Assembly: GCA_964016885.1 (NCBI GenBank) | Contig: OZ024758.1 | Span: 9,734,001-9,798,000 of the forward strand | Origin: Eledone cirrhosa | Lineage: Eukaryota | Direction: 5' to 3' | DNA: 64,000 bases | Part shown: piece after piece, positions 50,581 to 64,000 of the stretch | Layout: each line of letters begins with the position of its first letter | Position numbering within the stretch: the first letter of the stretch is position 1 | Position numbers and translations under genes: made by a program | The notes under the pieces: model-generated | Database searches by the model: none | What the model saw: the letters and a program-made list of their open reading frames with translations, nothing else | Told to the model about the DNA's origin: nothing

Positions 50581-51090
50581 ATTATTTACATAAGTACCCG
50601 CCAAGGTTAACTTTGCCTTTCATCCTTACGGGGGGGGGGGGGGGGGGGGGGTTCGATAAAATAGAGTACCAGTAATCATCATCATCATCATTCATTTCAT
50701 TTCACGTCCGCTTTTCCCTGCTTGCAAGGGTAGGACGGGAACTGATTCTGGCTCGATTTCTACAGCTGGATGCCCTTCCTAACACCAACCTCATTTACAG
50801 TGGGTGCTGGGTGCTTTTTTGCCGTGGCACCTCCACGACCACTTTACAGTGGAATGATATGGACCCCAGTCCCTATCACCTCATTTCTACAGCTGAGTAA
50901 ACTGGAGCAATGTGAAATAAAGTGTCTTGCTCAAGGAAACATCACCCAGGCTGAGAATTGAACTCACAACCTTTCGATTGCAAGGCCAATACTCTAACCA
51001 CTAAGCCATGTGCCTCCATAACCATGTGCCTCCATAATGCACTGTGCAATTGCTGGCCTTGTGCCTAAAGTAGAAACAATTATTTACATA
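50581..51090 (+). mobile_element. 5'-truncated SINE family A split by a family B insertion; 12-bp TSD
   Basis: attatttacata at 50581-50592 and 51079-51090. Confidence 0.8.
50676..51034 (-). mobile_element. SINE family B, full length, nested in a family A SINE
   Basis: Reverse complement of the 3398/8163 copies; 5' end duplicated; interrupts ccagtaat^gcactg of family A. Confidence 0.88.
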
Positions 51091-51377
51091 TAGGACTTTC
51101 TATAATTATTTTACGTTTTACGTCACATTTATGTATTTCGTGAGAAAGAGAGAACTTTATTTAGGAGAACTATTATTGTTATTGTCAATAGCTCTGTTGA
51201 GAATGAGTTTTTAAAATACTGACAAATTGAAAAACATGAAAATGCTGCAGGTGCATTGCTTTAATAAGGTTAATGAAGGTATTGAAAATTTACAATGAAA
51301 AATGTCCCCAGTATCTGAAATATAATTGTTGCTTTATATGTCTGAGAAATAGGTGACTACCATCTACTTATATAAAA

Positions 51378-51572
51378 GTAGTGGATTGGCAGAATCGGTA
51401 GAGGGTCGGACGCCATGCTTTGACGCATAGAGTTATGGCCATTGCTATTCTGAGATCAAATCCCTCCGAGGTTAGCTTTGCCTTTCATCCTTACAGGGGG
51501 GGGGGGTCGATAAAATAAAGTACCAGTAATGCACTGGGTAGTTGCTGGCCTTGTGCCAAAAGTAGAATTATT
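51378..51572 (+). mobile_element. SINE family A, full length
   Basis: Aligns with 26812-27009. Confidence 0.85.
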
Positions 51573-54231
51573 AAAGTTGGCTCTTTGAAAGGGAAGATAA
51601 CTACATGATCCATAAAATAAACTGCATATTAAAAAAAATGTTTTCATTTCTGTGCAAAATTCTACAAAATTTATATGAGACTTAAAAAAACATTTCAAAG
51701 ACCCAATTTAGAAAACAATGAAATTTCTTTATCTTTGCCAATAAAATAGATAAGCAAGGTAATATGATTAAAGAAAACACTGATTCTCCTACAATATTGG
51801 TTTACTTGTACTTTTGAGATTTCACACATGTTTACTATAGAGAATTTATCACTGTTCTGAACTTAAATATGTTAAAAGTATAAAGCTTTAAATATCAAAA
51901 ATTAACATTTTCCTCTAAGAACTTGACAGCTACTTTCATATTTGAATATCAAAGCAAATTAAAACATCCAATACATTTCACCTTTTATCAGCCACTTTAC
52001 ACTCAATGTATTATTGATATAAACTTTCAATATCAATCAGTAAACACCCTCATCTGATGTATTTACATCATGTAAGGGCTTTTATCTAGTTAAGATACTC
52101 AAACACTACACTTTCTATTTAACACTTCTCAGCTTTGTAATGTTTTGTTTTTTTTTCAGATTCCAACAAATTATCTGCACCTTTTTATCTTTCAAATTTT
52201 TTTACCATCTTTGGAATTAAAAAAAAAAAAAAAGAATTCTAAAATTTAAAAACAAAACATCTAGACTAGACATATTCTCATTAAGAGGGCACCACTGTGA
52301 AATTATAGGTATTAAATCTTTAAAATATCTTATATACCATTGTGTGGACTCCTGCATTGTGCATGAAATTTTGTAGGTGTAAACTATGTGGAATCCCACA
52401 CACAAAGCGAGAACATGCGCGTGTGTTATCACCATTTAACATGTTATCACCATTTTTCCACACTTGCATGAGTTAGATGGACCATTATGAAATGTCTGGC
52501 TAGTTGGCCGCGCCATAACTTGCTAAACGAAACTGTATTATAGCTAGGTTTCTTACACCTAGATGCTCTTTCTAACACCAGCCATGTTTACAGGGCGATA
52601 TATTTATTAACTATATATAGTGTGTGAGTGTGGTTACATAGTTTAACTAAGTTGTATCATAACTTAGCAATTCAAGAAACAATTTAATCAGTGGAGTCAA
52701 TAATTGTTTCTACTTTTGGCACAAGGCCATCAATTATCCCAGTGCATTACTGGTACTTTAATATCAACTAAACATGTGACAATGCCCCAGAATGGGTACA
52801 GTCCAATAACTAAAACCAGTAAGAGAATAAAAGTGTAAAAATATAATCCTATTAATATAATTATGGAAATCTAAGAATTAAATTCTGTAATAATGAGACT
52901 GTATTTTGTAAGTATGAAACTAGTTTGACAAGTTATGAATCACAAATGTTCCCTCCAAGACCGATTTACTTTACACTGGCTTTCACAAATAGAAAACTGA
53001 GTCATTAAATGTTTGTGCAATAATCTTGATAGTATCTAGGTCAGGACAGGAAAAAAAAAAAAGGACAAAAATAATTACTGAGCAATAGACATTACAAAAT
53101 GTTTACTGAAACTTTCAACATGGTTGAATATGTTCAGTTTAACCAGGACATGTGATTAAAAGTACACGAGTTACAAATACATGCTATATTTGGTTCATTA
53201 AAAATAAATTACACATTCAGAATATGCCAAAGTTCTTCCTACATACTTTGTTATATAATATATTAAAGTGTACAACATCTGCTAAATATAAAATTGCTAT
53301 CAATTGATAGCTTAACTCAAGGATTCCTATGCTACAATAGTTAGAGGGCAGATTTCTCATGAATATTACATACGGAAAATTTGCTTATATAATTATGCAG
53401 GACTGAACAGCAATTGCCCCCAATTTCTTAATGTTAGTGTTCTACAAAGAAAGGGCAGGTCACAGATGAAAAGAGTTATAGGATAAGATTTGTGAAGTTT
53501 ATAGTGCTTAGAACATTCAAGGTTAAGAGCATGACAAAGAGGAGAGACTTCAAACCATTCAGAAGACCTTTATCAGGTAACATTCCAATAGAGTTCAATG
53601 GTAAGAATAGTACAAAGAATGATACAATAACAATTAAAACAGCTAAATTTAACTCTTAACATCTTGTATTGGTTTAAAATAGAAAATCTAAAAAGGGGTT
53701 TGTTATTGTTTCTTTAATGGACATTTGCAATAATAGAGTAAAGACATCAAATTTTAATGTAAGGCAATGTTTCCTATTTTTCAAGAATATCTTGCTAATC
53801 TGGTTTCCTGTGGTACAGAAATAACTTGCAAGTTGTAAAGTGCGACATAGCACATCTTGATTTGTTCTCATATAAAAAGGTACTTAATCTGTAAGGTCAG
53901 CTTTACAAGAACCAATTTCAGTCATTTACTACTACTACAGCCACCACCAACTCTTTACAACTACAGACAATACAAGCAGATTTTATAAAATGAGAACAAA
54001 CTCATATATTGTGAAATGAAGGAAGTGTGTATACAATATTGTAATCACCTAACCAGCAATTCAAAATCATATTTTCCATATCAGAAATTATAATTGATAT
54101 TTCTCGACTGCTAATTACAAGTTTAAAAAAACAACAACTTAGAAGGTAAATTTCATGTTATATAACCTGTCAAAACTCATCAGCTGAACAGATATTTAAT
54201 GGCAGCTTTACAAGCTCTCGGATGTAATTTC

Positions 54232-54249
54232 AGAGAGAAAGCGAGAGAG

Positions 54250-54282
<33 letters not shown>

Positions 54283-54592
54283 GAGAGAGAGAAAGAGAGA
54301 GAAAGAGAAAGGAGGGAGAGAGAGAGAAAGAGAAAGGAGAGAGAGAGAAAGAGAAAGGAGAGAGAGAGAAAGAGAAAGGAGAGAGAGAGAAAGAGAAAGG
54401 TGCGAGAGAGAAAGAGAAAGGAGCGAGAGAGAAAGAGAAAGGAGCGAGAGAGAAAGAAAGGAGAGAGAGAGAAAGAGACAGAAAGAAAGAGAGAGAAAGA
54501 AAGAGAAAGAGGGAGACAAAGAGAAAGAGGGAGACAGAAAGAGAAAGAGGGAGAGAGAGAGACAGAGAGAAAGAGAGAGACAAAGAGAGAAA
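54232..54592. repeat. Purine-rich (GA)/(GAAA) compound repeat
   Basis: Direct reading; 18-bp subunit gagagagaaagagaaagg. Confidence 0.93.
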
Positions 54593-55109
54593 GATGTATA
54601 CATATATACTGAAACACGCGTGCGGGCACGCAGCGCATGTGTGCATGCGCACGTTTGTATGCGTGTGCACACAAACATGTATATGCATGAAATGCATACA
54701 CACACAAATAACCTGGGGAAACTATTTTAGAATGAACACCAAAGAAAGCATTTATTAAACCAACTATTATGCAACCTTGAAGGGGTTTGATAGTTTCGCA
54801 GTAAATTAGGCTCTAAGATATTTGCTATGAGAGTGGGAAGGTGATTTAAGGATTTTACACTTAAAGTCACAATTACACATTGAAAGTGGATATGTAACAT
54901 GTGATCCTTCGATCAACCTGGGAGGCACTAGGTAAGAGCTCAGATTGAATGATCCATCCACCCTATGCTAGCACAGAAAGTGGATGCAAAATAATGATGA
55001 AACAAGCCAGCATTAGGTTGCTCAACTTGCTAGAAATAGCAACCAGATCTCGCACGTCTTAGAGGAAAGAAATGTTAGAAATACGCAAGATCCATGGCTT
55101 AGAATCATC

Positions 55110-55365
55110 TCAATGAGGGCCGACATGGAGCAATGAGAGGAGACTGCATTGGTACAGACATGATAAATATGATAGATTGCAGTTGCATAAAATGTCAAGT
55201 AATCCAAGTTGAAAGATCATGAAAAGGAAGATCAAACAAAGGAAGACATAGGAAAATGGTAAAGGCTGAGAGTTCCATGAAGGAAATGACAAAGTAATGT
55301 TATAAGAGGCTAAAAGTGCTAGAGAAGACCTGACAAATCTATCCAAGCAGGGAAAAAATAGATAA
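55110..55365 (+). mobile_element. Decayed RTE LINE 3' fragment
   Basis: ERRLHWYRH..., ending caagcagggaaaa tail. Confidence 0.55.
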
Positions 55366-55814
55366 CAGGGTCAGCTGAAAAAGATACTCTCATGGAATGA
55401 CCACATGGGGGTTATTTTTCAGCAGTTCCTGGAAAGTAACAATACAGTTGATAAAAATTGAAACTAATGGATGCTAGATTTCACTATAGTCGGCTAGTGA
55501 ACATTTTCAGCCTACCCTTGTAGGATATGGTTGTAAAATAGAAGATATAAAGGACTATTTATCCTAATTGCACCAAAGTTGCTAAGTAAATCAATCGCTG
55601 CATAGTCAAATGATATTCATAAGTCCATGTGAAAATAAATGCAACAGATAGAAATCTAGACTTAAATATTCAAGTATAAACATTTTAAACTATTCTACTT
55701 ACATTTGGACAGGCAATAAAAGTTTACAGAATAACTACAGACTACCAAGAGTCATTGAAAACAATGTTTAAATTTGGTTTGTAGTTTTATTAAATGATAA
55801 AACCCAGTAAGAAT

Positions 55815-56305
55815 ATTGAGAGAGAGAAAGAACGAACAAGAACAAATGAGAATGAGAGAGAGAACAAACAAACAAGAAAGAACGAACCAACGAGAATGAG
55901 AGAGAGAACGAGAGAGAGAGAACGAACAAATGAATGAGAAAGAGAGAGAACAAACAAATGAATGAGAAAGAGAGAGAACAAACAAATGAATGAGAAAGAG
56001 AGAGAACAAACAAATGAATGAGAAAGAGAGAGAACAAACAAATGAATGAGAAAGAGAGAGAACAAACAAATGAATGAGAAAGAGAGAACAAACAAATGAA
56101 TGAGAAAGAGAGAACAAACAAATGAATAAGAAAGAGAACAAACAAATGAATGAGAAAGAGAACAAACAAATGAATGAGAAAGAGAACAAACAAATGAATG
56201 AGAGAGAGAGAGAACAAACAAATGAATGAGAGAGAGAACAAACAAACGAACGAGAGAGAACGAACAAACGAACGAGAGAGAGAGTACGAACAAACAAGAG
56301 AGAAA
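55815..56305. repeat. Minisatellite gaacaaacaaatgaatgagaaa(ga)n, 24-28-bp units
   Basis: Direct reading. Confidence 0.95.
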
Positions 56306-56709
56306 CGCAAAAATATGAGACAGCGAGACCAAATTTTAATTACTGATATTTCTACTAAAACAAATTCTACAGAGTAAAATAAAGTTTCACCTTCACAAAA
56401 ATGTAATTTGTTATAGAGAATGGTAAAATTCTATATTTCTAATTTGCTAGTCATTAAATTCCAGTCTGGAACCAAACAAAACAATTTGTTTTCTTATCTA
56501 ATTATCTTTAAAATAACATTTCTATATATCAAATGAGAGAAAATTAATTTAGAAATAGTCAACAAAATATAAATTGACAATCGTTTTTGTCTGCTTTTCT
56601 ATACAGGTAGATGGTGGACAAGATATTTTAAAGTAGCGTTTTACAGCTAGATATTCTTTGTGCCAAAACTTTAGTCATGTTTCTAAAAAAAAATTTTATT
56701 TTAAATAAA

Positions 56710-56740
<31 letters not shown>

Positions 56741-57220
56741 TCCTTAAATCCACCCCTCCCCCCAATGAAGTGTAATAAGCCCACTTTTCAATGTGACATA
56801 CAGTAGACCTATTTCTTACATCTATTAAACCTTCATAAACCCTCATAAATGCTCTCAAAAGAAATCTAATAATAATCCTTTTTATTCAGTTATATTAAAT
56901 TGCATTTTAGAATGGGATGTAAAATGATTCAAATAACAAAATGGTGGTCTGAAGTAGATCTAGAAGTGAAATGAATATGTTATCTCCATGATAAAAGACT
57001 AATTACTGTATATACTTGAATAAAAGCTGACCCCCCACTATTTCATGTCTGAGACATGGGCAAAAATCCAAACCTTATTTTCTTAGAATTTGAAGTTGGT
57101 GAAAAATCAAAATATTGTGCCCAAATATAACCCAACCCCACTATTTCATTGCTTAATAATCCTTGCCCTTTTCCTCCTTTCCTTTCATTTATAGTCCTTT
57201 GCAATGCTACTTTTTTTTTT

Positions 57221-57270
<50 letters not shown>

Positions 57271-57460
57271 CTAAATTAATTTTTATGTAATTTTATCCTA
57301 GAAATATATTTGAGTATTTTGAAATAAAAAAAATACATTGTTACTGAAAATCTTAATTCAAGATAGTGATAACACAAAAGAAAAGGTGGGGACTTTTACA
57401 TCCTTGCTTGATCTGCCAGAAATAGCACAATGTTTTGCAAAATACTCCCTACCATCTTAG

Positions 57461-57500
<40 letters not shown>

Positions 57501-59011
57501 CTTTGATCCAAGGTCTGCACAATCAAATCTGAACTTGAGCAAACAAATCGAGTCTTGAATCGTAGCAAAAGTGTTCGACAAACGAATATTTGTTTTCTTT
57601 TGCTAAAGTTCCTTGTAAACACTATCCTTCACCTGCCTTGTTATTCAATGTCAAGGGTTTTCTTTAAGAAATCTCTGAAGTGTCCATAACATTTTTATAT
57701 GCTTCATGAATTTATAGCTGCTGTAAAGTGTTTAATGAAATAGTGAGGTCTGATAATAGGCGTTCATTGAGGAGAAGTGATGTAGTTTAGGGAGTGGTAA
57801 AACAGCAATAAGAGAAAGAGGAGACAGTTTGATGGTGAACCATTGTTTATAGACTCGCTTTTATTGGTTGGGATTTAGAAACACGAATTTTGCATTTAAA
57901 AGATTCCACTTCCCAGTCACCCTCCCGTTACCAATGTCCCTCCATTCCACCACCTACTACCATCACCACATTTGCATTTTTGAAAAATTAATAATTCATT
58001 TATACATTTTGTTATAATGTATATATTTTTTTATTTTTGGAAGATAAAAAAACTCCTGGGTTTGTTCATTGACTTGCAGCACTGCCTACTAAATGTTTAT
58101 GGAACAAGATTAAATAACTGCCTGTTTTTTATGGGAGAGTGAACTAATATTAGTAACTGCTTCGAATTAAATCCATTTTTGTTCTGATGTAACTAATTGC
58201 CAACAGTGCAGAAAACAAGAAATCAGAAAAAAAAAAAAAACTGTTGATGTAAGCTTCTCTTAGTATTGACAATACCTTAATAGTCTGACTATAGCATCTT
58301 ATATAAGGAATGATAATGAAGTTAATATCCCCAAACAGCTTGTCATGATCATTCAATGTTTAGCATAGAAATCTTTAAAATTCCAGTCAGGAAATGATAC
58401 GAAATTAAAAATATTGATTAGTTAATTAAAATTGAAGTGCTTGATGTGGGCAGAAATATGTAAAATAAAAACTAAATTAAATCTTTAAAAAAATAAGCGA
58501 ATTTATTTGATAACATTCTATAGTTGGACAAAAGCAAGTTAGGAGATTGAAGTAAAGAAAGACCAGACAAAAAGAAATGAAAATTAGATACAAGAGAATT
58601 CCTTTTGCAATAACAAAAATGGTTAACATGGAGAATCTTTAGACCATTTCCCACCCTAACCATTCTTCCACCCCCTCCTCTAATATTCAACATACAGGTA
58701 GGTGTTTCTATAACACTACATCATAATTATTGATTATAGTCAACTGTATAACATGTTTTGCTCACCCTCTCCATATCATATTTACAATATTGACACAACA
58801 CAAGAAAAAATGTCCACACACACACACACAAAACTGTGTAACACTGCATAACTTATAAACAGTATCATAGAAATATGGAAATTTCAGCTAATCAAAACAG
58901 AACATCTGAGAAGCTAGCATGCCTTCAATAAGAAATAAACCAAGGAAACAAAGTGCTGGTGGATTTTCATCCACTTTTCAATGAGAATGAGATTTTGCTA
59001 ATTTAGCTATT

Positions 59012-59474
59012 TACTGTATATACTTGTATATATAAACTGAGAAATATGTGACAAAGGAAATTTGATGGGGAAAGGGTATTCAGATTTTACCAATTTTCTC
59101 GAACTTCAAAATTATGTATGTAAATGAGGTGCTAAAATATTTTCGCTTTGGCATGATTATTACACTGGTTTTACTTTTGACATGAAATTCGCTTTATTGT
59201 TTTTGATATGCTTTGAATGAATATGGCCTTCATAATTGGAAATTGGTAAAAAATATTACATAATGGAGTTGTGAAATAATAACTATACTCTAAATGACAG
59301 AATATTTTAAGTATTATTAAAACTACATATTCTCCCCTCATGAGAATTTAAAAACCACACCATATAAACAATGTGTCGATTACCTGCCTCAGCTTACAAA
59401 CAGGGTTTGTATTTTTGCCTCTTTCTCAGGCATAAAAAGGGGAGGGGTTAGCGTATATTCGAGTATATACAGTA
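59012..59474. mobile_element. Tc1/mariner-pogo-type MITE
   Basis: Ends tactgtatatacttg / cgagtatatacagta (14/15 inverted match including TA); similar left end at ~57004. Confidence 0.65.
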
Positions 59475-60479
59475 CATCCAAACTGTTGAAGCAACGACGC
59501 AATCATGAAATCATGAAATAAAACCAATGTATATTTTCAACCATAGGTAATTTTTTTTTTATTTCAAACAACAGAGCAGCCTGCTCATGGAATTAATTTG
59601 CGAGTAACTGAGTATTTCATAGACATGTAGTTCTCAGGGAGATTCAGTATGACAGCATGTGATGAGTCTGGCTCATTGATGACAAAAATTGATTATACTT
59701 GTAAATCAGTGTAGACTGGAGGAATATGAAGCAAAGTATCTTGTTTAAGGACAATGTGCTGCAGCAAATTCAATTCACAGCTTTAGGATCACAAGCCAAA
59801 CACCCTAACAACTAAGCCTTGCACCTTTATGTCAAAATATATGAATAAATAGGACTTCTCATAATTAAATTCAAATGTCTATGAAAAAATGTTTTTACTG
59901 TTCATTTTCCTATTGGTAACTACACCTGAAGCCACTGATCAGATTCCTATGAAGTACCCAGATGTAAAGGTAATTTAACTGACTGACAAGCTTGAAATAA
60001 ACCATGTCCAATAGAGAAATTACCTTAATGTCAAAATCTGAAGTTTCGAAAACATGACACTTGAAGTAAACAAAATATAAAATTTCTATCAATATGTAAG
60101 CAACGGGAAACTAAATCCTATAGAAATTGCATTCTATAAGATTTACATAACTATGGTGGAACAGCAGCTGTAACCTTATCAATACTGAGTTATTGATAAA
60201 GCCATTATCTACAATCAAGAAGAATAGTCTATAACAAACATTGAAAAGTCTCTAAAAAAAGTGAAACTTATTAAAAATATTTTTTTAATATTGATCTTTT
60301 CTGATTAGATTACGGTAATCTGATAGGTGTAAAAAAAAAAAAAATAAAAAAAAAAAATAAAAATTGGCAAATTAATATTTTCTTGTCTAGATATAGTTTT
60401 TCTGATTGAATTATGTAGTGTATCATTGTCCCAATGGATGGGACAGGGAATTGAATGTGATAAATGAACTGCTTAAAAA

Positions 60480-62325
60480 TCTTGTGATGCTAAACTGCCA
60501 GTTGCAGACTGCGCATCAACATTTTTCTCCACAAAGTTCGATCACCAGCAGCCGAGTTTAAAGAGCAAAGATCAAGTTCAGTTCAGTCCAGTCCATAAGT
60601 TGACATTATCAAGCCATCGTTTTGGCCGTCAGCCTCTGCTTCTCTTACCAGCCAACCTTCCTTCCAGGCATAACCTACTCACACCACAAGTTGATCTTTT
60701 TATATGACCGTATAGTTTGAGTACTCTTGACTTGACAACTGATATTATTGGTCCAAGTCTGGTAATGTTGAGCAACTCACTGATACAGATACAGTCGCTG
60801 AGCTGCTTGCAAGCCATAAGTCTCATGATGTGATTCTGAAATGTAGAGAGCTTCTGGAGTGACCTTGTCATCCAATTAACACAGTCAAGACCATATAACA
60901 CAACTGGTAGGATGTAAATATCAAAGATACTTATATATGATAGGAAACTCGTTTTGATGTTAGTACTTCTTTGTTCTTGTTGAAAGCTGTCCAACCTAGA
61001 GCAATGCAATACTGCACAGCAACCATTCCATTGTATATCTTGGTCAAACTATTATCAAACAACAAACTCCATAACTTGAGCAATTTGTTGGTTGTAGATT
61101 GTGAGTTGGAGATTGGCATTGTTTTTATCAGTTGTCATACACTTTGTTTTGGAGATGTTGATTTGTAAGCCAGCCTCCAGCGAATGTTTGGCCAGTACAT
61201 TCAGAAAGTCTTGCAGATCAGTTCTAGAGTAACTCATGGTGGCCAGATCGTCTGCATAGCTAAGATTTGATAGGACTTTACCTCCTATTTGATAGCCAGC
61301 GGAGCATTCTTCTTCAGTTTGGTAAATAAGTGCAGCTATAACTATACAGAAAAGAAGTGCTGATAGTACACCCCCCTGCTTAACTCCTTTCAAGATGTCT
61401 ATACAGCATGTAGTTCTCAAATCTGTTTTGATATATGCTGTTGAGTTGGTGTCAGTTTCTTTCAGTCAGTTGATGTATTTTTGTTAATTGAGATCTTGTT
61501 TAAGAGTTGCCACAAGCCTGGTAGTTTCACGTTGTCAAAAGCTTTTATGAAGTCAATGAAGATGATATGCACAGGGTTGTTGAATTCTATTGATTTCTCA
61601 ATTTGTTTAATAGCTAGGATCTGCTCAACAGTGCCTCTTCCAGGTTGATATGCAGCTTGAGTTTCAGGAAATGAGGCATAAAGGTCTGACTTCACTTGTG
61701 CTGCAATGATACACATGAAAAGCTTGTAAACATGACTCAGTAGGCTGATAGGACGATAGTTCCCACAATCAAGTCTGCTACCTTTTTTGTTGAGTACAAC
61801 TATTAATGCTTTCTTGAACATGTCTGGGCTTTTTCCTGTTGTGATATTACAGTTAAAGAGATGTTGAAGTGCTTTGATAATGGGTTCACCTCCAGCTTTG
61901 ATGAATTCTGAGTATATGTTGTCCAGTCCAGGGCTTTTTCCTCGCTTCAAATCTTTGATGGTACGAGATCTCGCTAGCTAAGATAGATGGAATGTTGATC
62001 ATGAATGGCTGTTTGTTCCGAGTTGAAGTAGAGTTCTTCATAGAATTTAGCCCAGCATTCAAGGATATCATCTTTGAAAGTAAGGATAGTATCGTTTGAA
62101 TATTTAATGCCTCAGCTAAGATTTCTTGGTTTAGTCTTTAGTTTCTTCAGAACAGCATGATATAACCTGTTGGGTAGTAGGTTATTCAGCTCCTCAATGT
62201 TGTACATTTGCTTAAGTTTGTCTGATTTAATGAGTTTTTTGGATTCAGCCTTTGCTATTCTATATTGGGCTGATTGATGTGTGGCCACATTCTCTTCTGA
62301 TTCTGTGTTTTTCAGATACTGCTTA
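60480..62325 (-). mobile_element. 5'-truncated, frameshifted non-LTR retrotransposon (RTE-type LINE), reverse transcriptase pseudogene
   Basis: Successive broken ORFs carry GKSPGLDNI, NYRPISLLS, QAAYQPGRGT, FIDFIKAFD, GVKQGGVLS, YADD, GLQINISKTK, VLYG, LYGHIKR, GKRSRG..KRWLD; no endonuclease domain seen; boundaries approximate. Confidence 0.92.
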
Positions 62326-64000
62326 AAATATTTTTCTTTAATAGAAAATCTCAAAGGATTAAAAAAACCCAAAGAACTCCTGAACTTAACAGCTATCCAG
62401 TAGTGCAAAAGAGTGGGAAATAGCAAAATAAAATGATAAAAAGCATCAACAAACAGACATGCAAAATGATTTAAAATAAAAAAAAAAAAAACAATTTGTA
62501 TGATTTGGATATTATGTCATAAATGAAAAGTATAGAAAGATAATGGATGAGATTGAATTTCCAAGAAACCTAACTTGTATCCATACTATCATCATCATCT
62601 TTTAATACCCCCCTGCAAGGGAATAACAACACACTAAAAGCAACAATGGATTAAACCAAAACTTAAATGTCTCTAATTTCACTTATCATTCATGGTAAAT
62701 CATTGAAATATCTAGTTTTTACAATCAACCATGCTGGAAGCAAAAGGTAAAGAAAAACTAAGTTGAGGAAACCAATGATCTGTGTTGACAAAAACTATAC
62801 AAAATAGTTCATGGGTTAGTTTGGTGTGAAGAGAAGAGGTTTCAAGACTATTCTTTCAGAGAACTTATTTCTCCCTCTCAGACAAAGAGAGAAGCCCAAC
62901 ATGCCAAATGATTCTTACTGTAGTACACAAAAACTTCGTTTTAAATTAAGAGAACTTTACTGATTTTGTAATACTAAGTACAGCAGATTTACAATAATAA
63001 CAGCTAAAAGTAAATGTCAAATGCATTCGACAAAAAACGGAATATTTGTGCAGTCCACACATACTGAAAGACAGGTAAACGACAAACTGTTTAAGGAGGC
63101 TGTCAAAAATTAAATGAAAGTGTTTGAACAGATTTTAGTATTGCTACTTTGAAGAGTCTAGAATAAAGAGAGTGAAAAACTAAACTTGTGTACAAAACAA
63201 AGAAAAACTAAAAAAAAAGTGACAAAATAAAAAAAAAGCAATGACAATAGATTGAAAATGTGCAAATTCACCAACATTTTCATAAGTGCTTAATGGATAT
63301 GATTTTTTTTAAAGCATTAAAGTGTCAACCAAAATCCTAGAGAATAATTTGACATAAATTAAATCAAATACACTACAGGTTTTATGAAGCAGAGATAAAT
63401 CAAGAAAGAGATGAATTAATTGTATAGCCATTAGATTAATTCAATCTCATATGCAGCTAATTTGTCTCAGACAAGTTAAATTGTCTATGTAAATTCCCAC
63501 TATAAGTTAACTATGTTCACAGGAGGAATAAACACTCAGTATTAAGGACAGTTTAATTTATAACTGGTCTCAATTAGGATTCCATATGAAATCAATGTGA
63601 ATAATGGCTCATAATAAACTACCAAGCAAGATTGCTTTGCAGTATTAACTTCAGTAAATCATTTTATGTTCTAATCCCACAGGAGATTTGTTTTTAGCAG
63701 AGTGAAAATAAGTGTTAGTGATATAATGAAGTTGCTCCAATTCAATTACTCCAACTTAGATAACTTACAGTGTCTAGTTGTGCTTATATAAATGTATCAA
63801 TTAGCCCCAGGACAGCTCTCATTGCATTGAACTATGACCAAAGGATTTCGAGCTGCAACAATCCAATCTATTTTCCATACATAATGTATCTAGGAGTACA
63901 TGATACTATGTCTCCTCCACTTTTCCTTTTACAATGGTAGAGTGTTCTTGATGGAAATTAACTATTTCTAGCATATTAAATGGCCACAGAACCCATATTG

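Noticed and set aside
49512-56332. Arg/Glu-rich and Ser/Leu/Phe-rich ORFs at 49.5-50.2, 54.2-54.7 and 55.7-56.3 kb
   Set aside because: Simple (GA)n-type repeats that lack stop codons; no splice or domain support.
63065-63099. Candidate upstream exon (LLKQFVVYLSF)
   Set aside because: Phase-compatible but weak donor context and no recognisable similarity to the expected Raw N-terminal segment.

Overview
AT-rich, microsatellite- and SINE-dense animal genomic DNA. The repeat repertoire (tRNA-head SINEs with Nin/Deu-like and CORE-like domains, RTE tails ending in (ATG)n) resembles octopod cephalopods; this is inference from recalled repeat families. Almost all ORFs in the supplied track are low-complexity artefacts. 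Reading splice signals on the minus strand recovers seven phase-consistent GT-AG exons (43049 to 7292; 593 nt, ~198 aa), none of which the ORF track translates in the coding frame. They encode a Raw/OLRN-1-like protein: a degenerate EF-hand-like segment followed by a nucleoside 2-deoxyribosyltransferase-like (NDT) domain beginning VFLGGSCNPTTWR. I found no start or terminal exon, so the whole window is probably inside this gene. The introns hold several SINE families, RTE LINE 3' fragments, a 5'-truncated frameshifted RTE-type LINE (~60.5-62.3 kb), TTAA-, TA- and hAT-type MITEs and several minisatellites. Notable structures are a fold-back SINE with a 17-bp TSD, a LINE 3' end identical to a SINE tail, nested SINEs, an internal micro-inversion, SINE-seeded minisatellites and inverted SINE pairs able to form intronic dsRNA. 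There is no CRISPR array or prokaryotic system, and I found no convincing new multi-gene system.
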